Position numbers and translations under genes: made by a program | In this document: piece by piece, positions 37,901-47,037 of the stretch | Numbering within the stretch: position 1 is the stretch's first letter | How the letters are laid out: every line of letters begins with the position of its first letter | The notes under the pieces: model-generated | The model's database searches: none | What the model saw: only the letters and a program-made list of their open reading frames with translations | What the model was told of the DNA's origin: nothing | From: Phoronis australis | Taxonomy: Eukaryota; Animalia; Phoronida | DNA length: 64,000 nucleotides | Reading direction: 5' to 3' | NCBI GenBank assembly: GCA_002633005.1 | Contig: NMRA01000409.1 | Coordinates: forward strand, 1 to 64,000

Positions 37901-40900
37901 GCGGACGCTGAGCCCCCTAGTGGCAATTTCATTTTTCCGCTTTCCTTTGTTGCTCTGGAGTTCCTCTTGTCAATGACTGATTTTCGCTAAATTTGGTGAA
38001 TAGCTTTCTGTTAAATAAGCGATGTCATGTTCCGTTTTCAGATGGAGTGGACGTGTTGCGCCATCTAGTGGCTATTTTTATGATAGTAATGAACTCCTCT
38101 AGAAGCACATCGTTTGCAGTGCATGCTTGGCCGCATTTCAACGCTCTGCGTTGCTCTTGTTTTTTTAGTCCCCCGTTTGCTTTGTTAGTAAAAGGTCCAC
38201 ATTTCCAAAAATTCGAGCTCCCTCGTATTTCAGGCTGGGTGCGAACATGCTAAAAACAGTTCAATTACAACAATATTTCATATTGTAGTTAGTGAGAAAA
38301 GAATCTGTTTCTTCAGAAACGGTACAACAGATAACTCTACTTGCTTTGTAGAGGTAGCTCCTTTTGGCGCTCTTAATATATTTTACCGAGACAGTGCAAA
38401 CTACGCTAATGAACATGCACGCATTTGGCGAAGTGGACATAAAGGTCGGCCCCAGAGAAACAAAAACTCCCCAAAATGGTAGAAAACGAGAGAAAAGTCC
38501 ACTAAAAAGGCAGGAGCTACCAAAATTTGGCGAATTCACAATTTATAGCTCTGAAAATGCCCCATAAATCTTAGTAAAAGGTCTACATTTACAAGAATTC
38601 GAACCCCTCCCCATTTTGTAGGATAGGTGCGCGCATGATGAGATGAAGGTGTATTGAAACATAAATCAACTGTGCCTTCTGTCAAAAATATAATTGCCCA
38701 GTAATGCCACTCGTGAAACCAATCTCAAATTGTCTGTTCATCCGATTTAAATTGATTTCTAAACATGAAATGATTCGTTTGTGTTCAAGATAAGGCTCGT
38801 CAAGTTCCATGTTAATGCCCCGGAGCGTTACAGACATCAAGGGAATCCCAGACGTTTCATGATAACGACTTTCATTTAAACAGCAGATGAGCAAGTGCGC
38901 TTTCGGCAATTTGTTTTTCTGTGACACCAAAACGCTGTTTTATAGCGCTTTGAAATATCTTCAGTCAGCATACATGTACCATTGCCGTAGTTTGTTATAA
39001 TTACGTATGACGTCATCCGCGAACTTACTTTTTCCTAAGAAGTATTTAAAGTACCACCTGGTCTCAAACTCGGGATTTTCCAGGTGAACGGGACTACCAA
39101 GGGGGCTACCAACCTACAATAGAGAAAGAACTTAGTTCATTTACAAGCATACTGTCCCTTTTAATGACCAGCAAAACACTGATTGTGAAGCACCTAGTCT
39201 ACCATATAAGACAATGGCTACTAGGAGAGTTTGAACCCTCGAATGGACCAAAGCGCCGCTGAGCAAGAAGGCTTCCAACATGCCATTGATTGCAAGCGAA
39301 TACATATATTTAATGTCACTGTTGGACTAATTTCTGTCGTATCATTATTTTTTCCATGCCAAGGACAAATTTGAGACAGGTTTTCTGCACCGGTTTCAGT
39401 TAATCTGGACATCGGATGTTTGAGAAGGAAATGGGAGGAGGTGATCTTTCAAGCATACATCACCAAATTCACAAACGTTTACATTTTGTGTGCGTTTGCG
39501 TTTGACACGCTCATTATTTCAAAGGATCTATTAATGGATGTACATATACATGTACTTGCCTGCACACACCACCAGTGCTGAGAGCTCTGCACATACTGAT
39601 CTATGTGCGGACCACATACAAATGACGTCTTCATGGCCCGGCGGGCCATGCCAGCGGATTGGTTGAGCCACGAGTTCGTGCGAAAAACTATTTCATAAGA
39701 TACATTTACGCGCGTATGTGTGTGTGTGTGTGTGTGTGTGTGTACAGTATGTGTGCGCGTGTGCGCGTGTGCGTGTGTGCGTATGTGTGCGTGTGTGTGT
39801 TACCTATCGAATTGTTAGTGCAAAACATTTGATCACTCAGCACCATATGCCGACGTCTTGTATTTTACAAATGTTTTTCGAACAGCTGTATGAAAGTATG
39901 CTCCATGGAGAACAATGACCGCAAAAGATCTCGATTACCTAAAGGGACCGTAGTCAATATCCGGTGATACAATGCGTTACACTATATTATTCGTCTGAGC
40001 CCCGTTTATAAAAGCCATTAGCTGGACAGCAGATATAACGTTGTTTTATCTTGCGTCATTACCATGCGCCAACGTTGAATATGACACATACGCAAAACAA
40101 TAAAACCATCTAATCCATAGGATTTTGAGCTTTATGCAAATTAACCAAAGGTTCAATTAATGTTGACTAAAAACTCGCTATTCCCGTCATTACCAATCAA
40201 TGAAAAACGAAAAATTGTCACCAGTTACCGCAGTTAGATACATGTATACTGGTTTTCAATACTTGTTAATTTGATAAAGTTTTTGTCACTACAAAACAGT
40301 GTCGATATTTGGTCAGAGTCAAAAGTGACGTTGTTGCATCTAGCCGCCAATTGTTTATTTGTAAAGGACAAAGGGTCGAAAATTTGACTGCATGTCTTCA
40401 TTCATGCCCACGTCTGATTCCAAATGACGCTATACCACGTCATAACTATAGCATGTATCTCCGACTTACCTCTCCGGCCTCTCGATCGCCCGTTTCGACC
40501 TTGAATCGCCGCCCATTATCACAACCGTGGTCCGATTCACACGAGGTGAGCTGAAAGAAAGCCGACAACAATCATGACCCTTTAAGGTGGGAAGAATAGC
40601 GTGGCTTAAAGGAGACGAGTATTCGATTGAAATGGCGCCGATAAGGAACTCCCCCTCCCATTACAGTGAAAAGAGAAAGCTGCATGTATGTATTCGCCCA
40701 CAAGGTTGCCTTCATGGCAGTGCACGAAATTGCGAAGCATTCATTAACTATATTGGAATGTCACAGTATACTTTGGCACAAGTTTTTATTTACGTGTGGC
40801 TATGACAAATTAAAAATGTTGATGTACAGTACAACTCAAGCCACGTGGTTCCTAAATGGTTAGCATGTATAATAGATTAATACACAAGCGCCGTTTGCCA

Positions 40901-43456
40901 CTATGTATTTCGTGTTCAATAGCCTGAGTACCTTCTTGGAGATTTTAACTCTATATAGAATGATTTAATCATACATTCCATTAAGTCAACACAGTCTATG
41001 TCTAACTAATTGAAGGTCACTAATGCCTATTTTACGTATAACGGAGATTAACCGCAAGTCGGACATTAAACTCTTTACTAAACTAATCATCTACAATTAA
41101 TTGAGATGAATTTTGAGTGAGTGGAAGTTGAATGAAATGATAGAAAATCCTGATAAACATTTCTGAGGTAACCAGCTACGTGTACATGCCCACAGAGTTT
41201 TCTTTGGAAAACGAATCCCATGCCAGCAAACTGACATATTTTTGCAAAGTCGAGTTAAGCCGAGTTAGCAAAACACAAATTTCACAGCGGTGGTTATAGC
41301 TTATAAGACAATTACTGTGGAAACTAGTGTATTGTTTAAAACAAATCGTGACGTAAATGACGACCACAGAACCTGACACCACCCGCGTGGCAGTCAACCA
41401 CGATTTCCGAAGGACAAACGCTCGAGACAACTCAAAAAGGGTATACTTTTTATTTTTGATAGGATTGGGATTATACTTTGACACCCTCAATCAGCATTTG
41501 ACCCGACTGAAAAAATACACAGTAAATGCAAAGCACATTAACCACAAGTTCATTGTCCACGTTCGTCAATACTGCGATGAAGTTTCGGACTTCGCCCATT
41601 CTCGGATATTTTGACAGCGTTCTCTTCAGAATTGCCAAAGAATTGCTATGCACCATATCCAGTAACAAAGGTCATTTTCATCCCTGGCCAACTCAGACGA
41701 CTAGACTTTTCCTCTCTTATTTCAACGAAAACTTTCGCGTCTTTGCCACAGGAAGCCAGTGATAAGGTCAAAGGTTACCTATTACGTTGAGAACTATTTT
41801 TTCTCACGTCCAACAACCGAACTCAAACCGACACCAAAGATACAATGTCGACACGCCACAATTTACATGTTTCTCGCGAAGGATCATGATTGTGGAGTGT
41901 ATGGCTATCACCGGGAAAAACAAATGTAATTTTCTACAGCAGTGCCAATTGCGTCATTACAAATATGAAATCTAACAGTTATACTACATACAGTTTGAGC
42001 AAGGTGTCTCAAAATTAACGGAAATTGTTGAAATGAGAATTGTCATTTTTCAGCCTCAAAAACGCTTTCTGGGTTAATTGAAATGGACCTCATGAAGTTG
42101 TAAGCTTTAACCTGAGCTACAAAATAACAAACTGCGCTGTGTTTTCGTGGTTTTCAATAAATTATAATTACAAATGTCAATTCTCGCCGTTGTCTGTCAG
42201 ACATTTGTTGATATCACGGCCAGTGTATTTAACCTGAAGACGCGCCACAAAAACTTCCTTTTTTCTTCACAGTCTCTAACTGTTAAGTATCCGCAGATAA
42301 AGCAGACGACGGTGGATGCGGGCCTCGCTCAGACGAGAAATGAGGCCGGTTTGATGTTTCAATTCTTTCATGGATTCGTCAACAAGCCTTGTGAGAGGTT
42401 AAAACATCTCCGTACATTCTCAAGTGTCTACATGTAACTTTTGCGGGGATAACCTCAAAATGAGAAATTAATACGCGTGTTCTAATAACACTCAGGTGTA
42501 ATTGTGAGAATTCCTGACACCACTTTCGCCTTCCACATAACCGATGACTGCACCTGTTTAGCCGACACCAAAAACGGAATAAAAACAATGAAAAATGGCC
42601 ACCAGGTGGTGCAGAGAATAAAAGTCTGTCGTTGTCTCCTTAATAGAAACCGATGACATTGTAGGCGTTCCACATAGGCTCACTGAATCTGGTTTGATTG
42701 TATATGTGAACATGTTGGTGATGAGAACAAACAGTTTGATCGGCCGAAGCTTCATGATGGCGGATCCTTATTGCATTTGTCCATTGAAGGGTATCGAATG
42801 GGAAAACGGCTGCGATTTCAGGTTGCCATCAAACAAACCAGATATGCAAAAAATAGCGCAGAGGTGGACAGTATTTTGAACCATAGTTTTCGAATAGGTA
42901 GGAAATTTGCTTTCAGAATCTAATGTTGGTTTACGTCGCGCATCGGCGGAGAAGCGGTTTTGAGGTGGAAAGTGTCTTTTGTTTTTCTTCTATTTCTTAA
43001 CATCGGTGTGTGTTCTGCTTGGCAAAACCCAGTGAGAAATCGCCCACATTAATATATGTGAGTGCACAATTAAATAAATGGATGTGACGTCATCAGCTAT
43101 GAAGTACAGTATGATCGGTTTCCCTGTCACCATAACAGTATTCAGTGGCGGATTTAGAGGGGGGCCAAGGGGGCCATGACCACCACCCCTAAAACTCTCC
43201 CAGATTCCATTTGGCAGTTCGTGGGTGCGCCGTCTGACGGGCAAATAATGGCTAATACGCTGCCCTGGGCCCCCCTAAATAAAAATCCTGGATCCGCCCC
43301 TGGTATTTGCTCCTCCATACACATATTATGAACTGGATAGAAATTGAAATTCGATTAAAGAGAAGAGACCAGTAACTTGTACTTACAATTTCTGCCGAGC
43401 CATAATGTTTCCTACTGAACATTCCTCTCCTTGCAGCGAGGTCAGTCGCAGGAGAG
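10763..43456 (-). CDS. GARNL3: GTPase-activating Rap/Ran-GAP domain-like protein 3 (Rap-GAP + CNH); 19 traced coding exons, 5' exon(s) unresolved
   Basis: Spliced exons join in frame over 2746 nt and carry GARNL3-diagnostic motifs: RRGMFSRKHYGS, HLENPEFETRWYFKYFLG, LLVLEEQEGSVNFKFGV, VERKRHIGND (Asn thumb), RRKEEARQSEFVRIGQ, VCAFPYIMAFTPDTIEIRLIINGNLVHT. All introns are GT-AG. Confidence 0.93.
10960..11199 (+). mobile_element. MITE family A (CATGCGCGCACCC termini)
   Basis: CATGGGCGCACCC...GGGTGCACGCATC; internal similarity to copies at 15302, 27742, 38414, 49112 and 49461. Confidence 0.8.
12646..12890. mobile_element. PIF/Harbinger-like MITE with CAG TSD
   Basis: CAG|GGACACGTTCCAACAAA...TTTCTTGGAACAGGCCC|CAG: imperfect 17-bp TIR and 3-bp CAG duplication. 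Confidence 0.65.
13052..13278 (-). CDS. GARNL3: GARNL3 exon (LRNSKPVSVFKIPLTCLVGQ...NDINLK)
   Basis: TTTTCTTTTCAG acceptor, GTAAGC donor; FKIPLxxLVG motif. Confidence 0.85.
13315..13464. mobile_element. ~150-bp MITE family B (GTTCAGTAACGG TIR core, CWG TSD)
   Basis: CTG flanks both ends; related copies at ~2742-2862, 14811-14950, ~22241-22407, ~47417-47583 and ~60168-60316. Confidence 0.7.
14395..14485 (-). CDS. GARNL3: GARNL3 exon (CDIYFSSTAQSHLP...SPL)
   Basis: TTTTAG acceptor, GTAAGT donor; DIYF motif; phase 0-1. Confidence 0.87.
14811..14950. mobile_element. MITE family B copy
   Basis: CAG|GCGTGCGTTCCGT...ACGGAACTTAGCC|CAG. Confidence 0.6.
15030..15148 (-). CDS. GARNL3: GARNL3 exon (VCAFPYIMAFTPDTIEIRLIINGNLVHTMTFPRLFLITSK)
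   Basis: End of the CNH domain; AG/GT boundaries; phase 1-0. Confidence 0.93.
15302..15567 (+). mobile_element. MITE family A copy
   Basis: Internal similarity and degenerate TIRs. Confidence 0.75.
15624..15704 (-). CDS. GARNL3: GARNL3 exon (MCHFQRLKQEKCHEFDFSWNLTPQSI)
   Basis: TTTTTTTCAG acceptor, GTAAGG donor; FxFxWNxxP motif. Confidence 0.9.
16279..16423. mobile_element. GC-rich MITE with CATG termini and perfect 5-bp TSD (AGTCT)
   Basis: AGTCT|CATGGGAGGCGCA...TGCGCCGCCCATG|AGTCT. Confidence 0.85.
16442..16664 (-). CDS. GARNL3: GARNL3 exon (EIQTPETPQVITLIDG...ELLLCYN)
   Basis: CNH motifs ICIGYKNQFDLINE and AIDVYED..LLLCYN; GTGAGT donor. Confidence 0.93.
17175..17338 (-). CDS. GARNL3: GARNL3 exon (GCSFYALSRPGGSHLRMIVAV...FQFIR)
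   Basis: In frame, AG/GT boundaries, CNH domain. Confidence 0.92.
17564..17776 (-). CDS. GARNL3: GARNL3 exon (NCPRRLIFDRTVSVKQI...KLEKTK)
   Basis: In frame, phase 1-1; FDRT..VKQ and KLEKTKG motifs. Confidence 0.93.
17888..18044 (+). repeat. 5' LTR
   Basis: TGTAG...TAACA; direct repeat of 22059-22215. Confidence 0.97.
18046..18058 (+). other. Primer-binding site, complementary to the tRNA-Ser(GCU) 3' end
   Basis: TGGCGACGAGGAT, 1 nt after the 5' LTR; complements ...ATCCTCGTCGCCA of metazoan tRNA-Ser(GCU). Confidence 0.85.
18122..22030 (+). CDS. Gag-Pol polyprotein (Gag with 2 CCHC knuckles, protease, RT, RNase H, integrase)
   Basis: CFNCGRQGH..C and CRKCGRTGH..C; LIDSGA; KLDLKAGFHQI, LMFGVASAP, IADD; ADAS..GLGAVL, ETDHKPL; H..H..C..C, IDLLGP, SDNGTQF, NGEVER. 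Order PR-RT-RH-IN is gypsy type. Confidence 0.95.
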   Translation: MNMNREVTFAAQVWLGWDLKTSTVKNLAASWKCWKRAALLMIRAQGVKDEDRKVAILLHNGGLELQEIYYTLVDEGETLTLDQALAELDKYFTPKTNTAFERHVFRQLKQEQNETVDQYLCRLRAKALNCNFDNVDESLRDQLIDKCYNPLLKRKFLEKGGDVKLSDLQDVARAFEQVDLQMKAMSLGANSQAVNAVGQRKVECFNCGRQGHLYKDPTCPAKSQKCRKCGRTGHFKARCKGEGAGTQHSDKPKARDNKQRDKPREKAHARKQANSVDNSHAFVVNNLNNVSTAGMSLNIGGVLLEDILIDSGADENVISSQTWAKLKASQIKCISRKGYDKPLYAYGCSTPLPVLGTFDCVVVCPENSKECDASFVVVDGNGRSLLGRRSSEALGVLRVGPEINAVDLTDRYASVFSGIGCLKDYSMTLNIDESVKPVAQPVRRVPFNLREKVDEKLDELLRDDIIEKVPDGPTPWISPLVVVPKSDGDVRICVDMRRANAAIIRERQPIPTVEELLYDLNGSTIFSKLDLKAGFHQIVLDERSRYITTFVTHKGLYRYKRLMFGVASAPEKYQQIIADIFKDMEGVANIADDLIIHGKDIQCHNRNLEAVLKRLSEVGLTVNQKKCEFRMSRLTFFGHTITSEGVMPSEEKVAAIRDAEPPKTASEARSFLGLVQYVSKFIPDVSSVCEPIMRLTRKNIRFEWTSEQQKSFERLKSLITRAETLVFYSGDRKTRIVADASPVGLGAVLTQLHNGLWRVVSYASRSLSEVERRYSQTEKEALALVWACERFQLYVYGREFELETDHKPLECIFGNRASKPSARVERWVLRLQGFDFKVVYRPGKTNIADALSRLNRSNCPDGGKSEVDHVLAIARSATPATLTPRELEQESAKDPDLIALRSHIMSGHWTGCKTASFIAVKNELCVVGHLILRGNRIVVPKSMRARIIEIAHEGHQGIVKTKNRLRTKVWWPKMDSEVERICRSCHGCQVVAGEFAPPEPMQRTEPPTGPWQDLAIDLLGPLPSGESILVVVDYFSRYFETVVLHSTTTERVIMALEPIFSRYGYPFSVKSDNGTQFVSQLFEAYLSERGIEHRLSPPLWPQANGEVERQNRTLLKSIKIAVLEGKDWRKELQGFLLAYRSTPHSTTGASPAFLMFGREIRTRLPELRPDAHVTLENVRDRDWCKKLEGKSYSDEKRRATKNDLTLGTSVLLKNTKSSGKLDPKFEAEPYVLKEKEGHTVTVEGPQGTFTRDSSFVKPFVERETAPESSPSAEPSGEPQRSMERPKRTIKVPSRFDDFVLNK
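22045..22058 (+). other. Polypurine tract
   Basis: AAGGGGGGAGGGAA immediately before the 3' LTR. Confidence 0.9.
22059..22215 (+). repeat. 3' LTR (contains AATAAA at 22157-22162)
   Basis: Direct repeat of the 5' LTR, followed by TSD GTCAC. Confidence 0.97.
24762..24900 (+). mobile_element. tRNA-derived SINE (degenerate)
   Basis: Pol III A-box-like TGGCCTGGTTG (24775-24785) and B-box GGTTCAAGTCC (24818-24828), followed by a non-tRNA body; no convincing cloverleaf. Confidence 0.6.
25039..25330 (-). CDS. GARNL3: GARNL3 exon (GMLNRRAFSDIIPE...GTFVLE)
   Basis: MLNRRxFSD, RKEEARQxEFVRIGQxLKLK, KGDAP; start of the CNH domain. Confidence 0.95.
26193..26311 (-). CDS. GARNL3: GARNL3 exon (LINAEKATFSVPVFSQKRVRTMDMLIQNLYQDY...)
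   Basis: Rap-GAP C-terminal INAEKA..F..KR.RT motif; GTGAGT donor. Confidence 0.95.
27742..28004 (+). mobile_element. MITE family A copy with perfect 5-bp TSD (GCGGT)
   Basis: GCGGT|CATGCGCGCACCCAG...CAGGCTGCATG|GCGGT; right TIR has a short internal deletion. Confidence 0.88.
30110..30262 (-). CDS. GARNL3: GARNL3 exon (HIFAVV...SVPLFGPPLPSPPVF...FRDFLLVK)
   Basis: Rap-GAP motifs VPLFGPPLP and FRDFLLxK. Confidence 0.95.
30263..31515 (-). other. U12-type (minor spliceosome) GT-AG intron
   Basis: 5' splice site GTATCCTTT (31515-31507); branch-site-like TCTTTGAC (30284-30277) close to the CAG acceptor with no polypyrimidine tract; boundaries fixed by protein frame (FT-H-IFA). Confidence 0.85.
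30767..31300. mobile_element. Degenerate Harbinger-like MITE inside the U12 intron
   Basis: GGGGCCTGTT...AAACGGGCCCC termini resemble the elements at 12646 and 63583; TSD unclear. Confidence 0.4.
31516..31642 (-). CDS. GARNL3: GARNL3 exon with catalytic Asn thumb (VERKRHIGNDIVNIVF...KTHFT)
   Basis: RKRHIGND Rap-GAP signature. Confidence 0.96.
32896..32999 (-). CDS. GARNL3: GARNL3 exon (DTTGDESIYTVYEGHEIMFHISTNLPYSEDNRQQ)
   Basis: Rap-GAP EIMFHxST.LPY motif. Confidence 0.95.
33477..33575 (-). CDS. GARNL3: GARNL3 exon (KSSEEFEEFLDLLGERIKLQSWDRFKGGLDTH)
   Basis: Rap-GAP F..FL.LLG...GGLD motif. Confidence 0.95.
33903..34134 (-). CDS. GARNL3: GARNL3 exon (GVQKICLAY...LLVLEEQEGSVNFKFGVIYA...EEMYGN)
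   Basis: FKFGV Rap-GAP motif; AG/GT boundaries. Confidence 0.95.
35545..35663 (-). CDS. GARNL3: GARNL3 exon (HQNYIGLDASKEAFILSVVLTD...YRAILWRKK)
   Basis: HQNYIG and QYRAILWRK motifs. Confidence 0.95.
36067..38160. repeat. Composite repeat: two diverged ~400-bp units (36067-36460, 37567-37930) with CC(T/C)CCTAGTGG subrepeats flanking a transposase relic
   Basis: Colinear similarity by eye (TAAAATTTGGA..., CAACCAAACC..TAAGGATGATT.TGAAAATT, TATCTCCTAAAC, TAAATTTAG.AAGTGTATTTAT). Confidence 0.65.
36785..37330 (-). pseudogene. Degraded DNA-transposon protein fragment, probably Academ-type (XPG/PIN-like part)
   Basis: Minus-strand pieces ID*KQAISHTEFTLIPRAIL..MLPCTDK and YDDIILVFDTNKDNSLKQATREKRRQRKGQVQYQIRDET..IPMSRFLSHD, with stops and frameshifts. 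Recognised from memory, not searched. Confidence 0.5.
38161..38249 (+). mobile_element. MITE family A, right-end fragment
   Basis: GTAAAAGGTCCACAT...TTCAGGCTGGGTGCGAACATG. Confidence 0.7.
38414..38637 (+). mobile_element. MITE family A copy (TSD ATGAA/ATGAG)
   Basis: CATGCACGCA...GGTGCGCGCATG; 4/5 TSD match. Confidence 0.78.
39029..39113 (-). CDS. GARNL3: GARNL3 exon (VGSPLGSPVHLENPEFETRWYFKYFLGK)
   Basis: HLENPE..TRWYFKYFLG motif; GTAAGT donor. Confidence 0.95.
39709..39800. repeat. (TG)n/(TGCG)n compound microsatellite
   Basis: Direct observation. Confidence 0.95.
40470..40550 (-). CDS. GARNL3: GARNL3 exon (LTSCESDHGCDNGRRFKVETGDREAGE)
   Basis: TTTCTTTCAG acceptor, GTAAGT donor; RFxVExG motif; phase 0-0. 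Confidence 0.9.
43143..43302. mobile_element. MITE with CAG(T/G)GGCGGAT termini and perfect 5-bp TSD (GTATT)
   Basis: GTATT|CAGTGGCGGATTTAG...CTGGATCCGCCCCTG|GTATT. Confidence 0.88.
43387..43456 (-). CDS. GARNL3: GARNL3 most 5' conserved exon (SPATDLAARRGMFSRKHYGSAEI)
   Basis: DL..RRG.FSRKHYGS motif; GTAAGT donor; two possible acceptors (exon start 43456 or 43478). Confidence 0.9.
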
Positions 43457-46400
43457 CTGGAAAGAAATGAAGAGATACCTGTAAGGTGTGACTTCAATCT
43501 TTATTGACCCAAAAGTGTACCAAACGATTGTTGAGGCCATCGTAGCTAGCTTACACCGTTTCATGGAACACGTTTTCTAAAAGCTAGGCTGCAAACACTA
43601 TTCCGATTAGAAAGGTAAGTAAAAATATGTAACGTGCCACCTACGTTTGTCAAATTTTATTCTACCATGGCATCTCCCTGTGTAAGGGCAACATTTCCAC
43701 GGAAGATTGACGAAGTATTTTTATATAAAATAGCTTTAAGCAGAGCATCATAGTTTTCTCTCGGGCGGACGTAGGTGAATACTGTAGTCAGGGCCGCTGA
43801 TTGAAGTGGCAATTCCACAGACGGCATTGCTTCAACGGGCCGCGCATTACTTGAAAGTTGCAAAATTTTCAGACATTGGATGCAATTTACTCAAAAGGTG
43901 TGTATAATGAAATATAGTAGGGAAGCACACTAAATGAAACGGCAGGTCAGAGCCGCTGAAAATTTACTTTTGTGAGTGTCATACCGCTTTACATTTACAT
44001 CTTTCAGAAGTTTAAGATACCGAACGATAACGAGATTAAACGATATTATGTCGTCAAAAGTTCAACAGATGTAGTTGATAAGCTGAGAACAAAATTGAAA
44101 AATCCTGGTCAGACAATCAAACGTAATAGTTTTAACACGGATAAACACTTAACATAGCATAAGCTTCAGCTGAAAATCGACGAATGGGGAATAAATTGGC
44201 GTGAATGATTACAGTACAGTTGCCCAATTGTCGGCCTGTCTCTTGGTGAAATAAAGAGTAGGATTTAGAGTCAAGTGAGCAACATTTCAAAGCTGTCATT
44301 TTGTGGAACCGGTGCTTTATGAAAAGGCCTTTTCCGATATTTCGCCACAACATTTCGGGTACGGTATCGACATTGAGCCAATTGGAATGGCACTTTCATC
44401 CGATAACGAATGCTTCCACGTCGCGGGTCGCCCACCTGCGCTAATACTTTGGAAGGTATTGAAATATGAAACGCATGAATGACTCTAGCGTTGGTACCCG
44501 GAACTTGGTATCTTGAGAGCATAATCGATTTAGTATGAGCTAGTGGTGTTATTTACAATAACCACTGTAAACAACTCCATAATTATTGGTTCTGTTACAT
44601 GTACGTCTGAGCTTTCACCGGTGAACTGAATCAATAATTAATCTACTTAGAAACCCGGGGAATACGTGTCTCTCTTTGATCGACCGTGCAAAACGACCAG
44701 ACACGAAAAGTGAACAATGCGGTTACGTGAACTACCATCTCCCTTGTCAGTCAAGTCACGCTAGGCAGATGACTAGTAACCACTTGACCGGGGCATCATT
44801 GTTGGCAATTACTGAGAAGTTTGCAGTGAACGACGTGTAGATGAATAGCTGTAATTTCGTTTTTAACCAGGTTGAGACAACTGTAAATTGACCGTGTGCT
44901 TGAACAAAAGGTATANATGCGCAATCGTTAAATCGATTCGGTTGCAACTCCGCTATTACTGAGAAGTTTGCAGTGAACGACGTGTAGATGAATAGCTGTA
45001 ATTTCGTTTTTAACCAGGTTGAGACAACTGTAAATTGACCGTGTGCTTGAACAAAAGGTATAATGACTACACATGTAGGGGAATACAGCAATTCCAAGTA
45101 CTTTTACTTATATAACAGTGCATGTACTTTTCTGAATCTATGAAACCATGGGAATTCGCACGTACATCTACAAGGCCGAAAAAAATGTTGAGTTTTTTCA
45201 GATTTAATAATGTACTCTCACAATTTCATGTTTTGTTCAAGCCGACATCAACCGAGTTTCAACGGTATAAACCACGGCTACAAGGTTGAGAAATGTTTGA
45301 AAACTTTACCATCGCTCAGGACACATAAGTGTTGTTTAAATATCAAAAGTTTATACATTTATTGACGTGTATATTACAGTATATGCAACGCGTTAAGAGT
45401 GCTAACTAAAGTCAACTTGGACAATGAAACTGACGCATGCGATGATTTTAGAGTTTGCCATTTTGAGTGACCAAGAAAACTTGGTATTTAAACTGGTGAA
45501 GAGTCGTGCTCTTTAATTTCAATGCCGCGTTTGCTTTCTGAGTGCAACAAAGGGAAATCGAGTACGCTTTTGGAAGTTTCCCGTTTCATCCTACTTCAGC
45601 GTACGTCGATCAGAGTGCATGGTAAAACGTGTTGACTACGTTTGGTGGGCTGAGGTGGACCTCAGTGCTGCATGTCATTCCAAACGTGCTGTATCTCACA
45701 AGCAGTTGCCTTGATAATGAATCCTGGAAAATGGTGAGCGAAGGTCTACTAAAACACACCTGTGTTAACCAACTCGCACGTTACATTGACAAGTTACAAC
45801 GCGCGTAGGCGATACTGTACCAGGGTTTGCTTCCGTTTGTTTCTTTACATGTACATTGCCACACGATAGAAGAAAGTGGCTGATTTCATCGGAAATTGGG
45901 GTCGTTCTACGGTACAGTGTGCCTTGTATACAGTGTATATGCGTGATTGACAGTAACCAGCAGGCCACGATATCAGGAAACGAAGTCTGATTTCCTTGTG
46001 TGTGGCGCAAATCAATCACCGCATAGGCCGTGGCACCAATGGGGCCACTTGTAAGCGTGGTAAATAAATGGACCCGGGTGTCATCGTGGGTGATACAGGA
46101 AAACAGATGCATAAATACTCGGCTATTAGCCACACCTGCGGCTTCATGTATGTTAGCGTTGGACTGTGACCGCTGAGGTCGTGGGCCAGAATTCCTCATG
46201 AGGCTGACCTCAAACACAAACCCATGTGGCAGGTAATGTCACTTTAACAACGTTGAATTTTGGATTATAAAGAGTTAATGATTGAACCAATCTACTTGCA
46301 CATCAAAAACAAACACCAGAAACACAGCAGTTCAAACTGGGTCGGAAGTTGCAAATGACATGTGATTTTTCAATGGACATTAAAATCACATTGGAAGTGG

Positions 46401-47037
46401 ACAAATTTCGTAGCGGCAAAACAATTCGAAATCAAAAATACATGCGGATGGTCATTTAATGTGCCGCGTGCTATCTGTATCCATCATTAATGTTTCGATG
46501 TTTACAGTCTTTGCTAGGAAAATAGCAATTTTTTTCACGAACGAATAACAGGTGGACAACCAACCATGGATATTTTTGGTTGGTTCTCGGCCGCCCTAGA
46601 CTTTAGACGGTTCTTGTTTACGCATGTAGTTTACCGAGGAACCTGCGACAATACACAAAAAACGACACCATTGGCTTGTAGCCACAAGAGCAAACAAGCA
46701 CGTTCAGTTCTAGAACTTGACATTCGCTGGTGAAAAATTGAAATCATAAGCACTGCATCCAACTTTTGATGGTAAACTACGAGAATTATTTTTACTTGGC
46801 TATAAACTTTCTTGCGCCAATAAACACACCCATTTACTTCCTAAATCAACCCAAGCGGTCAGATTATCTGAACATGAGGTAATTCAGACGAAAAAAATAA
46901 GGTATTATTTTGTGATATCGAGTAACAAAGCAATAGCAGAAGACCATTTCCACTTACTCGGGTTTATTTTTAAGGCTTTCCTTTTCAACACGTATGATCA
47001 CTTGCCTTTTTGCGAAATCATTGCTGAGCGTACTCAC

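Noticed and set aside
44808-45062. Exact 108-bp direct duplication (44808-44915 and 44955-45062)
   Set aside because: A single N at 44916 marks a contig join, so it is most likely an uncollapsed overlap or two haplotypes rather than a biological repeat.
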